A stretch of DNA of 57,301 nucleotides from Stylophora pistillata (lineage: Eukaryota): positions 261,433 through 318,733 of the forward strand of contig NW_019218148.1 of the NCBI RefSeq assembly GCF_002571385.2. Direction: 5' to 3'. Both the position numbers and the translations under genes were made by a program. Positions within the stretch are counted from its first letter, which is position 1, and every line of letters starts with the position of its first letter. Shown one piece after another: positions 13,505 to 26,200 of the stretch. The notes beneath the pieces were generated by a model. That model saw only the letters and a list, made by a program, of their open reading frames with translations, was not told where the DNA came from and did no database searches.

Positions 13505-16500
13505 ATGAAGATCTTGTTCCTTGCGTCTTTGACGTCGGAAACTGGAAATTTCTCCACTGCCGATCGAATAAGGTAATTAAGTGTTTTCGATCGAATAAAG
13601 TGTTCGCGATTGGCTTGCGTTTAGCGAACAGGTAGTTCTATGATCTATTAACTTTGAAAATATGTAATCAGAAGTCATGTTTTGGTCCTATGTTGGGAAG
13701 GTAATTGTTCTTTTTGACAGATGTATCAATCAGAAGAACTAGAAACACTAATAACACAAATAATATCCTGTATCATGGGCTTATAGAGTTATGAAAGTGC
13801 CATTAGATATTACAATATTACGGCCCGAATAGAAATTTTTTATCAAATCTACAGGTTCTAAGAATATAAGTGTTTCAGTAAAAAGGTTAAATGGCGTTAT
13901 AACTACTGATTTTTTGCTTGTGTTTTGTACAGAAATATCTCATGTACTTCAGGTTGAGGGAATGAAAACTAGTTTTTGTTTTGATTATAACAAATTTGAA
14001 AATATTTTGAAAGTGTTTAGAACATCTTTGGTGATTACGCTACAAAAATCCTCAGAAATTCGAGTAGTGAGAAGAAGGACATCTCACTAATTGTAGGCTC
14101 AGAAAAGTTTACAGGCACACATGTCATTTCAGGTTAGCTCTAAAGTATCTTTTCTTTCTCTTCCTACCGGTAAATTTCTAGGAGATGTCTCAGTGATTAT
14201 GACACAGCTTGCTGCCTGCGTTGTGTGACATCCTTCAAAGACAGTGAGTCAGTAAAGAAGTTTATTAAAACTGATGGATTTCACTGTGCCATTGGCATAC
14301 ATGCGTGGAGAGCTGGACGGCTGTTATTAGGTAAGTCAGTGTAGCATAGCTGTCAAGGTGTTACGTACTTACTCGTAAAATATCATGAACTTGACAAATA
14401 GCTGTTAAATAGTTGTAATCACGTATTCTAATGGAGACAATATTTAAGACTTGTTTTGTAGGTTGTATTGTAATTATTTTTGTGAACAGTGAAGTCACTT
14501 GTTTGAATACTATACAGTAAGTATCTAACCGACCAATACAAAACTCAAGAAAATACCCTTCCTAGATATAATTTTTGCCGTAACCCAAATTTGTTTTAAT
14601 GGATGATACGATCCAAGATTAGTGAGGCACAGGCAGACTCATATGGGAATCTGAGACAGAAGTCACAAATCCATTCGATTATTGATTCTGTTTGGATTTG
14701 GGTCAGGGTTGCCTGCACAGTATTTAACTCATATTTTACAACTTTTATCAATAGGTAACCTTCTCCCTGCTAATTTGCTACATTGTCCAAAAAATAGGTG
14801 ATGTGAACCTGAATCAGGGTGAAATTTTTGTGTTGCTTCTTGATGTTGGATGTTATTCTCTTCACTGATATTCATGCTAAAGTATAATAAGTAGATTGGA
14901 GAACTACAGACCTTACAAATAAAAAGGTAACAAAAAAAGGTTTTATATAGTTGTCATCAACCATAGTAATTATAAGAAGTGAATATGATCATTATAAATA
15001 TGTTGTAAATAAATGCAAAAATTTATTTTCAATCCCTTGTCAGATTGTCCAGTCCCATTTGCTTTAATATTTGGAGGAACAGATCTGAATGAGCACCACA
15101 GGGACAAAGAGAAGTTTGTGACCATGAGCAAAGCCATCAATAAGGCAAAGTAATCAGATAAACTTAAAATCAAATTGCCTCATCTGGATCTTCAAAAATT
15201 AATGAATTACCTGCTAACAGAATTTTATTTGAATGTTGATAACCATACTTTTAATCAAACTTGAGAAAAGTCCCAATTTACAGGGGGGAAAACGGCGGAT
15301 GATTATAGTGACCTAGCTCTGATAATTTTTGGAACATTTTCAGCAATCTGGGTAAAGGGAGCATCTTCAGCATTTGAGTCTTTACAGAAAGTCTTGGTAA
15401 AGTGATATCCTAACTTGATATATTTTGAAGGCTTATTTAGTGTATTAAACATGTTTTAAACATTTACAGGAGACATAAGAAGAGATCAAAATGTCTCGAA
15501 CATGGTACTGTCATCAGCTGGGGCGGATCCAGGGGTGGTTTGTTCGAACCCCCTAAATTTTCCCTCAAAATGCTGGAAATCATGTTTCTGGAGACCTGAT
15601 TTTCAAAATCTCCCGGAGAGCATGCCCTCAGACAATTCTCCAAACCCTCCTTGACTTAATCTTGGATCCGCCCCTGATCAGCATTATAATATACTCCATC
15701 TTCCCACAAGAAATTTGCTGCCACCATGTGTTGTCATTTTGAAATTTCTTTTTTAAGATCCCTAGTGGCATTCAGCAGTTCAATGAAGAACCAAGCCATG
15801 GCTATATGGGTGAGTTTTGAACAGTAAATTTATCATTTGTAAATATTAGAAACTGGTTGGATGAAGTTTATTCCTGAGCATGCTCTTAAAATTCTGAAGA
15901 ATGAAGATATTAAGCATATTTCATGTGAAAGATTTATTGCAATATAAGATGTGGTCTTGTGTTTCAACACACACAAACTGATAGTTTTTTTTTTTATATT
16001 GTTTTCCAGCCAAATTGTGAAGAGAAAATAATTTTACAAGCACAAGGTAATCAATAAATCCAGCTTCGTAAGTTTAGTTTTCCCTTCACTTTTGGATTTT
16101 TTTAAAGTTTAATTTCAAAAAAATTTTTCTCCGAAACAAGAGTCTAGGGAAGGCTTAATCATTCTTTTACTTCATAACTCTTGCAGCAGTTAGTGTTGAA
16201 CCATCAGGATTTCTGTTCCATGACTATTTCAAACAAGTCATTGGTGAGGAATTACTAATTTGCAAGTCATTATTAATAGGGTTATAATAAAATATTTTAG
16301 TTATGTTCTTCATTGATTTATCTGAAGTGGTTCTGTTTCGTCTTTGTTTAATTTTCAATTTTTTTTAGTAATTAAAGGTGAGAAAACAATGAATATTTTT
16401 TACTGGATTGATTCTGTCTTGTTATTTTTTTATTTCATTTTTAATTTGTTGGTTTTTTTTCAGATGCACAGAAACAACATCAAATTTCAAATGGTTACCT

Positions 16501-19500
16501 CAGTCCTAAACATTCTGGCCTTGTGAGTTAATCAAGCATACAGTTACTTTAAAATTATGAATTATGATAACTTTGCTTTGCTATCTCAAATTTTGATATT
16601 TCTGCAATCAGAACTGAGAGGTAATTTACTATCTACATTTGATAGCATAATAATATTACAGACCCTCAGTTACTGTCAGTTGTAAGAAAACAATTTCTCT
16701 TGCTGCCTCTTGACCTCTGATGCTCTCATAAATTCTCATTAATGTACATTGCTTGTTTAAAATCAAAAACACCATGTTTTTGTTTCAGTCTTACCTCTAA
16801 CAACATTTTGTTTTTATAGACTGTGTTTATGTTGGTTGCTGGTTTAAGGCGAGTGAAAGACCCTCTTTACCTGGCAGAATCAATATCAGGTGGGTGTGTT
16901 GTTAACTTTAGTCACGGTCACTTTGGCTCACTGGTGTGAAATGCTGATCAGAGCTATGTACAATGGTTAAGACTATTTTTGACTCTTTAATTTCCAAGGC
17001 CATATTCCTGTGTTGAAAGTTGTCTTCATTTAACTGCCTGTCTCCTTGATATTGTGTTGAAATTATATGGAGAATTTTCATACCAATCGTTGAGAAAAAA
17101 AAGAGTAGTTTATTTTATTTCATTTGTTCCATCCAACATCCTCATTGTTATACCTTGTTGTAAGGGCATTTAGGATGTTTTCAACAAAATTTTTCTCCTA
17201 GAGTGGCATAAAGATGACAATAGCATCCACTTTGTGATAGTAGGACCAGAGGTGAGTTTCTGTTCAATGATCAACAACCAATAAAAATTCCTTGTCTTTT
17301 TCTTACTCTGTTGGTTTATTACATGGGTCTAATTACATGAGCGGAGGTGGGTGGGAAAAGGGAGATTAGGAATTTTCCACCTCTCGTACCACACCCCTTA
17401 CCTCTAACCACGTGGCCCCCATTCACTCCCTCTATCCCTCACTCCTCATTCCTCCACTTTCATCCTTGCACCATATCCCCACTCTCCTCTCCCTCCCTGT
17501 TCTCTCACTCTTCTCTCACTCCAATCCATCTCTTTTCTTTCCTCTTCATCCCCCTTAACCTTTCTCTCTTTTTATTTTACCCCTTTTACCCTTCTCCTCT
17601 TCTCCCCGCTTACCCTTCTCCCTCCCTCAGTTATCAGTCCATCTCTCTTACTTTTAGTCCTTCCCCTGTGCCCCCATCTTCATTCTTCTCACCCCATTAA
17701 TCATCCTCCAATCCCTTTCTTGTTCTCATTACTTCCTTGTCCTTCTTATCGCAGCCTTTACCTTGCTAACTTACTCTTTCACCTAGCATATCTCCATCCT
17801 TCTCCACAACCTCTGTCCATTCACCATTCCCCTTATCCCACCCCTCCATCCTCACACATCTGTTATTCTACTCCAACCCTCATTTCTTGGTCCTCCTCTC
17901 TCTCTACCCTAATTTTTCAGTCCCCTTACTCCTTTTCTCTCCATCCCTTTCCCCCACCTTCAACTTCTCTGTCATTCTCCCCAACTACTCACTTCTCTGT
18001 TTCTTCTCCCTGTCTCTTATGTCGGTGTCCCTCTCCCCCCAACCCTCACCTTTCCACCTTTATCCTCCCTACCCTTCACCTTGCATATCTTCCTCATTCC
18101 TCATCCCTCCACCTGGCCTCCCTGTCCCTCTCCACCCCATTGATTCTCACCTCCTCCCTCTCCTTAATATATTTTTGTCTAAAACTTACTTTCGCAACCT
18201 ACTACTGTGTAAGCACACAGATAAATTTGCACTTTTAAATGTAAAAATAAATTTCTTTAAATAAACTTTGAGCACTATACATCACGTAATGTTTAAAAGT
18301 TATTGCTTGCTCAGCTTAAAGCACGAAAGGAGTAGTTGAACCGTTTGAATAAATTTAATTTAATTGCTCAGTCATCATATCTGACAACTGCACTTGATAC
18401 AAGGAGCACTCTGAATTTGTATTTTACGTTTCCTTTTGTTTATTTTCTTTTATGTTAATAGCTTGACACTGAATTCGCCACAGAGATCAAATCTAAAGTG
18501 CAGAGGTATCAATAACTGGATATAACCATAGATAAACCTCTGTGTAATGTTAAAATATGTAAAAAGGACTAAAATCCAAATTATTTTGAAAGTTTCTGGT
18601 TCCTGACAAAATAAAATGCAATAGGTGGTTTGCAACCAGTCTCTAGAGACACAGGTAACAATGGTGAAAGGAACAAATGCTGGTGGACGAACACAAGAAG
18701 CTAATGAGATATTTATTGTTTACGTCCACCAACATGGCGGCAAAGATGTAACGTGCAAACCACCTTTACTGTACCCAACAGTTCAGAATTTGCCGTAAAT
18801 TTTATGCCAGCGCTTTATATTCCTCTTGTTACTACTTCTGTTTTTTACTTCCTTCAAATGGTCTCTTCGGAGAAACGTTTTAGACTCCCTTTCATACTCC
18901 TTGTTTTACATTAATTTTCATGTTGCTAGTTTCCAAAATAATTAGGTAATGGTGAAAAAAGGGAAAATGAATACCCAATATGAAGATGAAATATATTTTC
19001 TCGAACTGTTGTGGATAGATGCCACAGGTCAGATGTTTAAGTTTTATGGTTACTAACCCCCAAAGTGTAACTTATTCTTTAAGGTTTCCAGGTGTTTACA
19101 TTTTTCCACCATTACCAGCACGTGATCTCCATGCAGCAATGCAAAACTGCTTCGCTGTTGTGAACAGTTCAACCAGTGAAGGAATGGCATCTGCACTTTT
19201 AGAGGTTAGTCAATCAATAAGAACTTTATCACCTGAATCGCTATAAACGGACTGTATTAGAATTAAGGCTTAATTCAAAGCTGTATGTTACACAGTAAAA
19301 AAAACTTTGTCTCTCTAATTTTTCATTTGAAAATGTCCTTAAACGTGACTCTGACTAGGAAATTGCAACATCAAATATTGTAGTAGCAGTAAGTCCATTG
19401 CAAAAGGCAGCACGTGCGACAAAGAAAAAGCGCACGTGCATTTGTTATGATCGCGTGCGCTGCGTTTTGATAGCTGCAACTCTTGGTTCAGGCAATTGAG

Positions 19501-20648
19501 ACCAAACAAAGATGTCCGTCTGCCATAAACTCCAATATTTGGTTTACCTCGACAGACACTAATTGGTTTATTGTAAGAATAAAGTGACTAGTTAAAAATC
19601 CGATTATTGTTGTCATAGAATAACGGATTTTCTCAAGGAGGGGGGCATTGGGGCCTCTGGGAAACCGCAAAACCGGAGAAAAAAAACCGACGAAAAAAGG
19701 CAGCAAAATTGAAAAACGCATGCAAACCTGACAAAACCGCTACATCTTCACCTTTAAAGGGGTCAAAAAGGAAAAACCGAAAACCGCATCAGAGTTTCGT
19801 GAAAACCGAAAAACCGAACCTTTTCGGCCCAAAAACCGATCCAAAAAACAGTCAAAACCGAAAATCCCAAAGCCCCCCTCTTCAAGCAGTGTCTCGGACT
19901 CTATTATTTTTCTTCCTGAAAATCGTTGGTGAATTCTGACTGGTCAGTTAACATAATTGATGACCATTCTCTATGATTTAGTGTGAGGCCTTTCTTTCTT
20001 TTCGAATATTCATGTTTTTTACGTTTCTGTCCTATAACAGTCCATGGCACTTGGTGTTCCAATACTGGCACGAAACATTCCTGGAAACTCTGCTGTAATA
20101 AAACACAGAGAAACTGGTATTCTCTACAATTCACCTGAGGTATGTTTCTCAGATAAATTTGGCTATTTCACCTCATAAGATTTAAAATAAAAAGTCAATC
20201 TCTTTTTGGTCCACAAAGTTAACTGGATTCCGATTGTCACTGTAAACATATCAGGTTTTAGTTTTTGAACGGTTTTTTTGTTAAGCATGCATGATGGTTA
20301 CTTTCCGTAGCCTGTATATCTTTTCATTGTGTTTGCTTACTCGAGTTAACAATACCAGGTGTCATTACTAGGAGAAATCTTAGATGATACGAGAGTTGGA
20401 AAAGGCCTTAACTGTACTTAAAATCAACACAACATAATGTTTTTCGGTGGTTTTCCTTAAAGGAATTTGTCGCACTTGCCAAAGAGTTAAAGAAATCTCT
20501 TACACTTCGCAAGTACATAACAACGAATGCAAAAAATTATGTTGGTGAGCATCACTCTCTCGAAAAGGAAACTAAGACATACAAGTGGCTTGTGGACAAA
20601 CTTGTTTCACTTCAGCGAAAACAGTGTGGATCCACCTGCGAGGCTTGA
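13505..20648 (+). CDS. GLT1D1: Glycosyltransferase 1 domain-containing protein 1 (GT-B fold), 13 exons, 365 aa
   Basis: Exons 13505-13572, 14182-14330, 15044-15149, 15758-15809, 16010-16046, 16187-16243, 16464-16522, 16820-16889, 17202-17251, 18462-18505, 19084-19204, 20041-20139, 20463-20648. All are GT-AG and phase-consistent. Motifs MKILFLA..TGN, IFGGTDLNE, GLRRVKDPLYL, NCFAVVNSSTSEGMASALLE and LARNIPGNSAVIKH match GLT1D1. Confidence 0.93.
15518..15676. mobile_element. MITE with C(T/A)GGGGCGGATCCA termini
   Basis: CTGGGGCGGATCCAGG ... CTTGGATCCGCCCCTG, flanked by the direct repeat ATCAG (candidate target-site duplication). Confidence 0.75.
17385..18165. repeat. Polypyrimidine (C/T-rich) low-complexity tract in GLT1D1 intron 9
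   Basis: About 780 bp almost devoid of G on the + strand. The overlapping ORFs are Pro/Ser/Leu compositional artefacts. Confidence 0.85.
18621..18766. mobile_element. Short MITE
   Basis: Termini AGGTGGTTTGCA ... TGCAAACCACCT with an internal inverted pair TGGTGGACG / CGTCCACCA. Confidence 0.65.
19638..19880. mobile_element. MITE with AAAACCG subterminal repeats
   Basis: Termini GAGGGGGGCATTGGG ... CCCAAAGCCCCCCTC with many AAAACCG(A/C) motifs inside. Flanks CTCAAG and TTCAAG resemble a target-site duplication. Confidence 0.7.
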
Positions 20649-21352
20649 AAACTGAGAAACTCTGATGGAGCAGATATCTTGAAGAATATGCATAAGGCTT
20701 CTGATGGAGTCAAAAATGGAAAACGTGGTGAAGCTTTGTTCAGAAATTCCTGAAGTAGAAGTGGGGTTAATGGTCTGGATTGAAGGGTCGTGATGCTAAA
20801 TCGGCGCCACGGGAACTCAGCTGAATGCACCGCTCCGGTTGCAAGAACTCTGACACGTTACACTCGTATAAAGTGATGGCCAATACGTGCTGGTCTTACA
20901 GGATCATGTTTGTGAGGTGTTGATGGTCTGAGGAGAAAGTACATTGTGTGGAATTTAGCTTTTTTTGCCATAATCCCGAGTAAAACCGCGCTGAGTGACA
21001 AGCCAAGTAATAGCTGTGAACAAAGCTCAACCATGAATCACGAGAACAAAAACTGCAGGGATAAAAGAGCAACGTGTGTATTTCTCAGGTTTGAATAAAA
21101 GAATTTTGACCCCTTGTACGAATAGTGGTTAAGAGAAGAGCACTCGCCAACAGTAGATAAGCACTTTCTTGCACAATGTAATCAGTCCCAGCCTAGTTTC
21201 CTTCTGGAACTTTTACGGCAAGGCGGCCGAAAGTTACAGTTACGCGGTAGGATCTGGGTACTAGATTAGTCCCAGCCAACGCAGCCATTGGCTCCCCATT
21301 GGATGATGTGTAAATTCTTGGATTTGATAATGAGTAAAAAAAAAGCTTAACC

Positions 21353-22672
21353 TGAGCTTGTGAATATTGAAACAATATTGACAATTGCATATGAGCTTGT
21401 GAGTATTGAAACAATAGAAATTCGTTAATGAGCTTCTAGTATCTTTTTGGAACCACACGCGAAACTAGTTTTCGAACTCATTAAACAACTTCCATTGTTT
21501 CAATATTCAAAGAGGATTTTCTTGGCCTACGAATATGCTGCAACTTTGACACTTGCACACAAGACAGCTAAACACGCCTTTTCCAACGTGGTTTAAATTG
21601 TCCCAGAATTCCCCATTTTAACTGAGATATAAACCTGTGAATATTAAAACAATAAAAATTTGCTAATGAGCTTTTGGCACCTTTTGGAACCACACGTTGA
21701 AACTAGTTTTCTAGCTCATTAACAAAATTCTATTGTTTCAATATTCAAAGAGGATTTTCTCGGCCCACGAAAGAGCTGCAGCTTTGACATTAGCACTCAA
21801 GACAGAGCTACTTACGTTCTTTCCAACGTGCTATAAATTGTCCGGAATTCCCCATTTTAACAGAGATATGAGCTTGTGACTATCGAAACAATAGAAATTC
21901 GTCAATGAGCTTCTGGTAACTTTTTGGAACCGCACACGAAAACTAGTTTTCAAGCTCATTAACAAAATTCCATTGTTTCAATACTCAGAGAGGATTTTCT
22001 CGGCCCACGATGAGAGCTGCAACTTTGACACTTGCACTCACCTCAGAGCTAATCACGCCCTTTCCAACGTGCTCAAAATTGTCCCGGAATTCCCCATTTT
22101 AACAGAGATATGAGCTTGGCAATATTGAAGCAATAGAAATTCGTTACTGAGCTTCTGGTAACTTTTTGGAGGCACACACTAAAACTGGTTTTCTAGCCCA
22201 TTAACAAAACTCTGTTGTTTCAATATTCAAAGAGGATTTTCTCGGCCCACGAAAGAGCTGCGGCTTTGACGTTAGCTCTCAAGACAGAGCTACTTATGTT
22301 CTTTCCAACGTGCTATAAATTGTCCCGGAATTCGCCATCTTAACAGAGACATGAGCTTGTGAATATTGAAACAATAGAAATTCGTTAATTAGCTTGTGGT
22401 AACTTTTTGGAACCGCACACTAAAACTGGTTTTCAAGTTCATTAACAAAACTCTATTGTTTCAATATTCAGAGAGGATTTTCTCGGCCTACGAATAAGCT
22501 GCAACTTTGACACTTGCACTCAAGACAGAGCTAATCGTGCCCTTTTCAACGAGCTAGAAATTGTCCTGAAATTCCCCATTTCAACAGAGAAATGAGTATG
22601 TGAATATTGAAACAATAGAAATTCGTTAATGAGCTTGTGGTAACTTTTTAGAACCGCACGCTAAAAGTAGTT
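21353..22672. repeat. Tandem satellite, ~240-bp unit, more than 5 copies, each with an internal inverted repeat
   Basis: Units start at 21391, 21629, 21868, 22110, 22351 and 22592. The array runs into the N at 22673. Confidence 0.92.
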
Positions 22673-23266
22673 NAACCATCTCATGGGTATTCGTTCGCAC
22701 TGAATTTGCATTCCGCACTTTCTAGTTTGTGCCCCCGAGGTTACCTGGTGGTTCTTGATTAAAAAGCACAAGAAAAGAATAAGAAATGTAGCGCTTTTCG
22801 ATTCCGAAAGCGGATACAAGTGGTTAAAAACAGAAGCTATCGTTCGCTAAAATACGAACACTATCAATTAAACAATCAGCAACAAAGTTAAAGGAAAAAC
22901 ACACAAAATTGACGGCCCAAAATTGATTTTATTATAGGAAAGATGAATCATTCTGTCTTATATTTAATCTGAAGGAATGTTTTCAACTACAGTAAGCAAA
23001 CACTTACAGTGTCGCCAATTTACTTTAATTTACGGGTTTTCAGGGGGAATAGTTGTGTAGCATTGCGGAACCACGGAGAATATTAAGATTAAAACAACGG
23101 CACATGCAAATTCGTATTTCGAAATAGCTTGCTTTCTTCCCATTTACGTCAGGTTTTTCACAAAACATTTTAAACAATTTGGCTATATTGTCTTTTGGAA
23201 AAACTTTGCTTCTTTTAACTTTTTTGATCTATTAACCCAACTTTACCGGGCTTTCTTGATCAAATG

Positions 23267-26200
23267 CTATGCTGTTTCAATCAACGGAGGTTGGAAATTC
23301 ATTTGCTCAGCAAGCTCCAGAACTTTGACGTGTAAAGAATAGTCACTGTCCATCAATTCCAGGGCGTCCATGTAACTCATAGCGGCCTCCGATACCTTGC
23401 CCTCTACTTCCAGTTGTCTGTAAATAAAAGAAAAATATCAAGAGGATCAAGGTGAACTACCAAATAGTCTCCTCGTGCCCAGTCTCCTCGTGCCCAGTCT
23501 CCTCGGAGTCTTTTCATCGACATTTTCTGTCATTTCTCATTTATATTGCACATCTTAATCCTATGCTAATCTCTTAACCCTTTCACTCCCATAAGTGACC
23601 AAGACAGAATTTCTCCTTACAAAATCGATACAATATCATGCAGACAAGTGATGAGAAGAAAAGAAAATATCATTTGGGTGGTTTATTAATTGATCCAATA
23701 CCAAATTCTTAAAACCAGCGTCATACAAACTCATACAAACATTATACGAGTTGTAACTGAGTTGCACGAACAATATCCGAGTTACATCCGGGTTGGACAA
23801 GCACTATCCGAGTGACATCCGACTCATAAAAACATTATACGAGTCATAACTGAGTTGCACGAACAATATCCGAGTTAAATCCGAGTTGCACAAACATTAT
23901 CCAAGTTATGTCCAAGCTGCATGAACATTACCCAAGTTAAATCCGAGTTGCAAGACCATAATCGAATTAAATCCGAGTTGCACGCGAATTATCCGAGTTA
24001 AATCCGAGTTGCACGAGAATTATCCGAGTTAAATCCGAGTTGCACGAAAATTACCCAAGTTATAACAACCAAACTCCGGCAAATTTACAGACCAAAAAAA
24101 GAATTGTATCAAGCAGCACAAACCTTCCATTTACGAGACACGAGTCGTACTTCTCTCGTTCTGTCGAGCTTATCACACATGCGCACTTGGGTATCTTGAT
24201 GGCATCAGACACATGTTCCCCTGAGGGACACTGGTTCAGTAGAGAGCCTTCCCCGTCCTCGTTGTCTTCATCTATGTCAGCATTGTTACCATCTTGTGAG
24301 CTCTCGCGCACATCTAACTCGTCATCGTCATCATCGTCGATCACCGGAAGTTCAATCCTCTGACTCATACTTTTCCGTCTGTTTTTCTTCGTCACAGCAG
24401 GCGAGTCACTGATACTGAAGGAAACTTACAAGGTGACATATGTATTTCCCATTAACGCTTCTGCTAGCCCGCAAAAAACGTCTGCGATCCCAAACGATTT
24501 CTGTAACTTCATATTTTTAACCAATCATATTTTGGCCCCTTTTTTGTGAAGCTGACACGCGAGGGGTAAAATGGCGGGTGGAGACAAGATCCCTCTGGAA
24601 ATATGGTTGTCACAGTAACTTTTGCGTTCTTACCTCTACCGTAATGATCTAAAATAGAAGGCTATCACAGTATTTTGAGGTTTTCCCTCAGTTAAAAGTC
24701 AGCTTAGTCCTGTTAAGTCTATCCATGAAATTCATTATAGTTTTACTATTATGCCAAAAGAAACTATTGAAATATTCCGGTTGACTATTAACACAATGCT
24801 TGCAAACAAAACAGTTGCGTATAATACTCCCAGCATACATTTGAAGTGGCGGAGAACTCTCCTCACGAGGTGCAGGAGAACAAAGATCTATGAACTCTGG
24901 CGATGAATCCTTTGTTGATGTTGGAGCCTGGTGGGAAAAAAAGAGGAATTCATCTGTACAGTCGTTTCTTTGAAAGATAAAATTACATAATCAGGTTATA
25001 ATATGCTTCCATTCGGTACAATCAAGCCTCTCTTAAGAATTAAACCGTAACCCAAGGAACAGGACAAAATGCCTGGTTTAGAGAGGTGGCTGTAAGGACA
25101 GGTTCGACTGTCTACAGAAAAACAGGAAAGTTAAAAACGAATCGAATGAAACTGGTCAAAGAGAAAAATATCAAAAAACCATCTTAGAAGCAACGTGTGC
25201 GGTTGACCACATGGTTGTTCTGTCATTATCCGATCATGATTATTGCCTCTCAGTCTGACATATACCATTCAAACGAGGAGAAGGTTTCACAACTTCTGAT
25301 CGCCATTTAAAAACATCTTGTTGCGACAATCACCTATAAATCACTCTGAGTATTGAGGGTAAGTTTCTGTGCTGCTGTGTCTGTTGGGAAGGGGGTTAAG
25401 ATAACTTGGTTTTATTGAGTTGATGATGTAAATCGGCCACGGTAAATAGTTTCTAAAGCCGACGTTTCCAGCCTTAGTCCTGACGAAGGGGCTAACGCTC
25501 GAAATGTAAGCTTTAAAAACTATTTACGGTAGCCATTTTACATTATCACGCCGGTTAATAAAGCAAAATCTCTCCTAGTATGATTCACAAACCTGACTTG
25601 GCTGAAATCTCTTCGTGTCCTCGCGTTTGGGTATAATGAACAACTCACTATCAATTTTCGCCTGTATTTTCTGCCGGGCATTCATGGTATTTTCACTTGA
25701 AGGAAGAGAATGCCGTTGTCCCTGGGGTAAAGCCATTCTTTCCTGGTTATCTGGGATCCTTCGGGGGCAGGTACTGGGGACTCCCGATAGGGGAAATAAA
25801 GTACCGGATGAAGTTTGTCCTGAAAATCCTGATTCAGCCGCCACTAAATTCTGGGCTCGGAGAACCTTAAAGAAGGTGAAAAAATACAACAGTTCAAGAA
25901 GTAAAATCCGCACAAAAGAATCAATCGAGGAACGTACGAAGAGCCTTCTGGGTCTCATTTATGTCAACAAATCACGAGGCTGAAAACAATGACATTATGT
26001 ATTTTTAAGATATTTTCCTTGAAGAAAGATAAAATTAAACATCAGAAATGGTTTTGTGATCTCCTTCGCACCATACGTTTGGCATATCGTCAAGAAATAT
26101 GCTTGCTCCCTCCTCTCCCCTCCCCTCCCCTCCAAAGCGTTGCGTGATATCCCAAACCACGACCGCGAAAGAGATTAACAGCCTAAAGGTACAAGAAAAA

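Noticed and set aside
17347-18264. Pro/Ser/Leu-rich ORFs
   Set aside because: Compositional artefact of the polypyrimidine tract.
21353-22672. CRISPR-like array
   Set aside because: The whole 240-bp unit is repeated with no unique spacers, there are no cas genes, and the context is eukaryotic.
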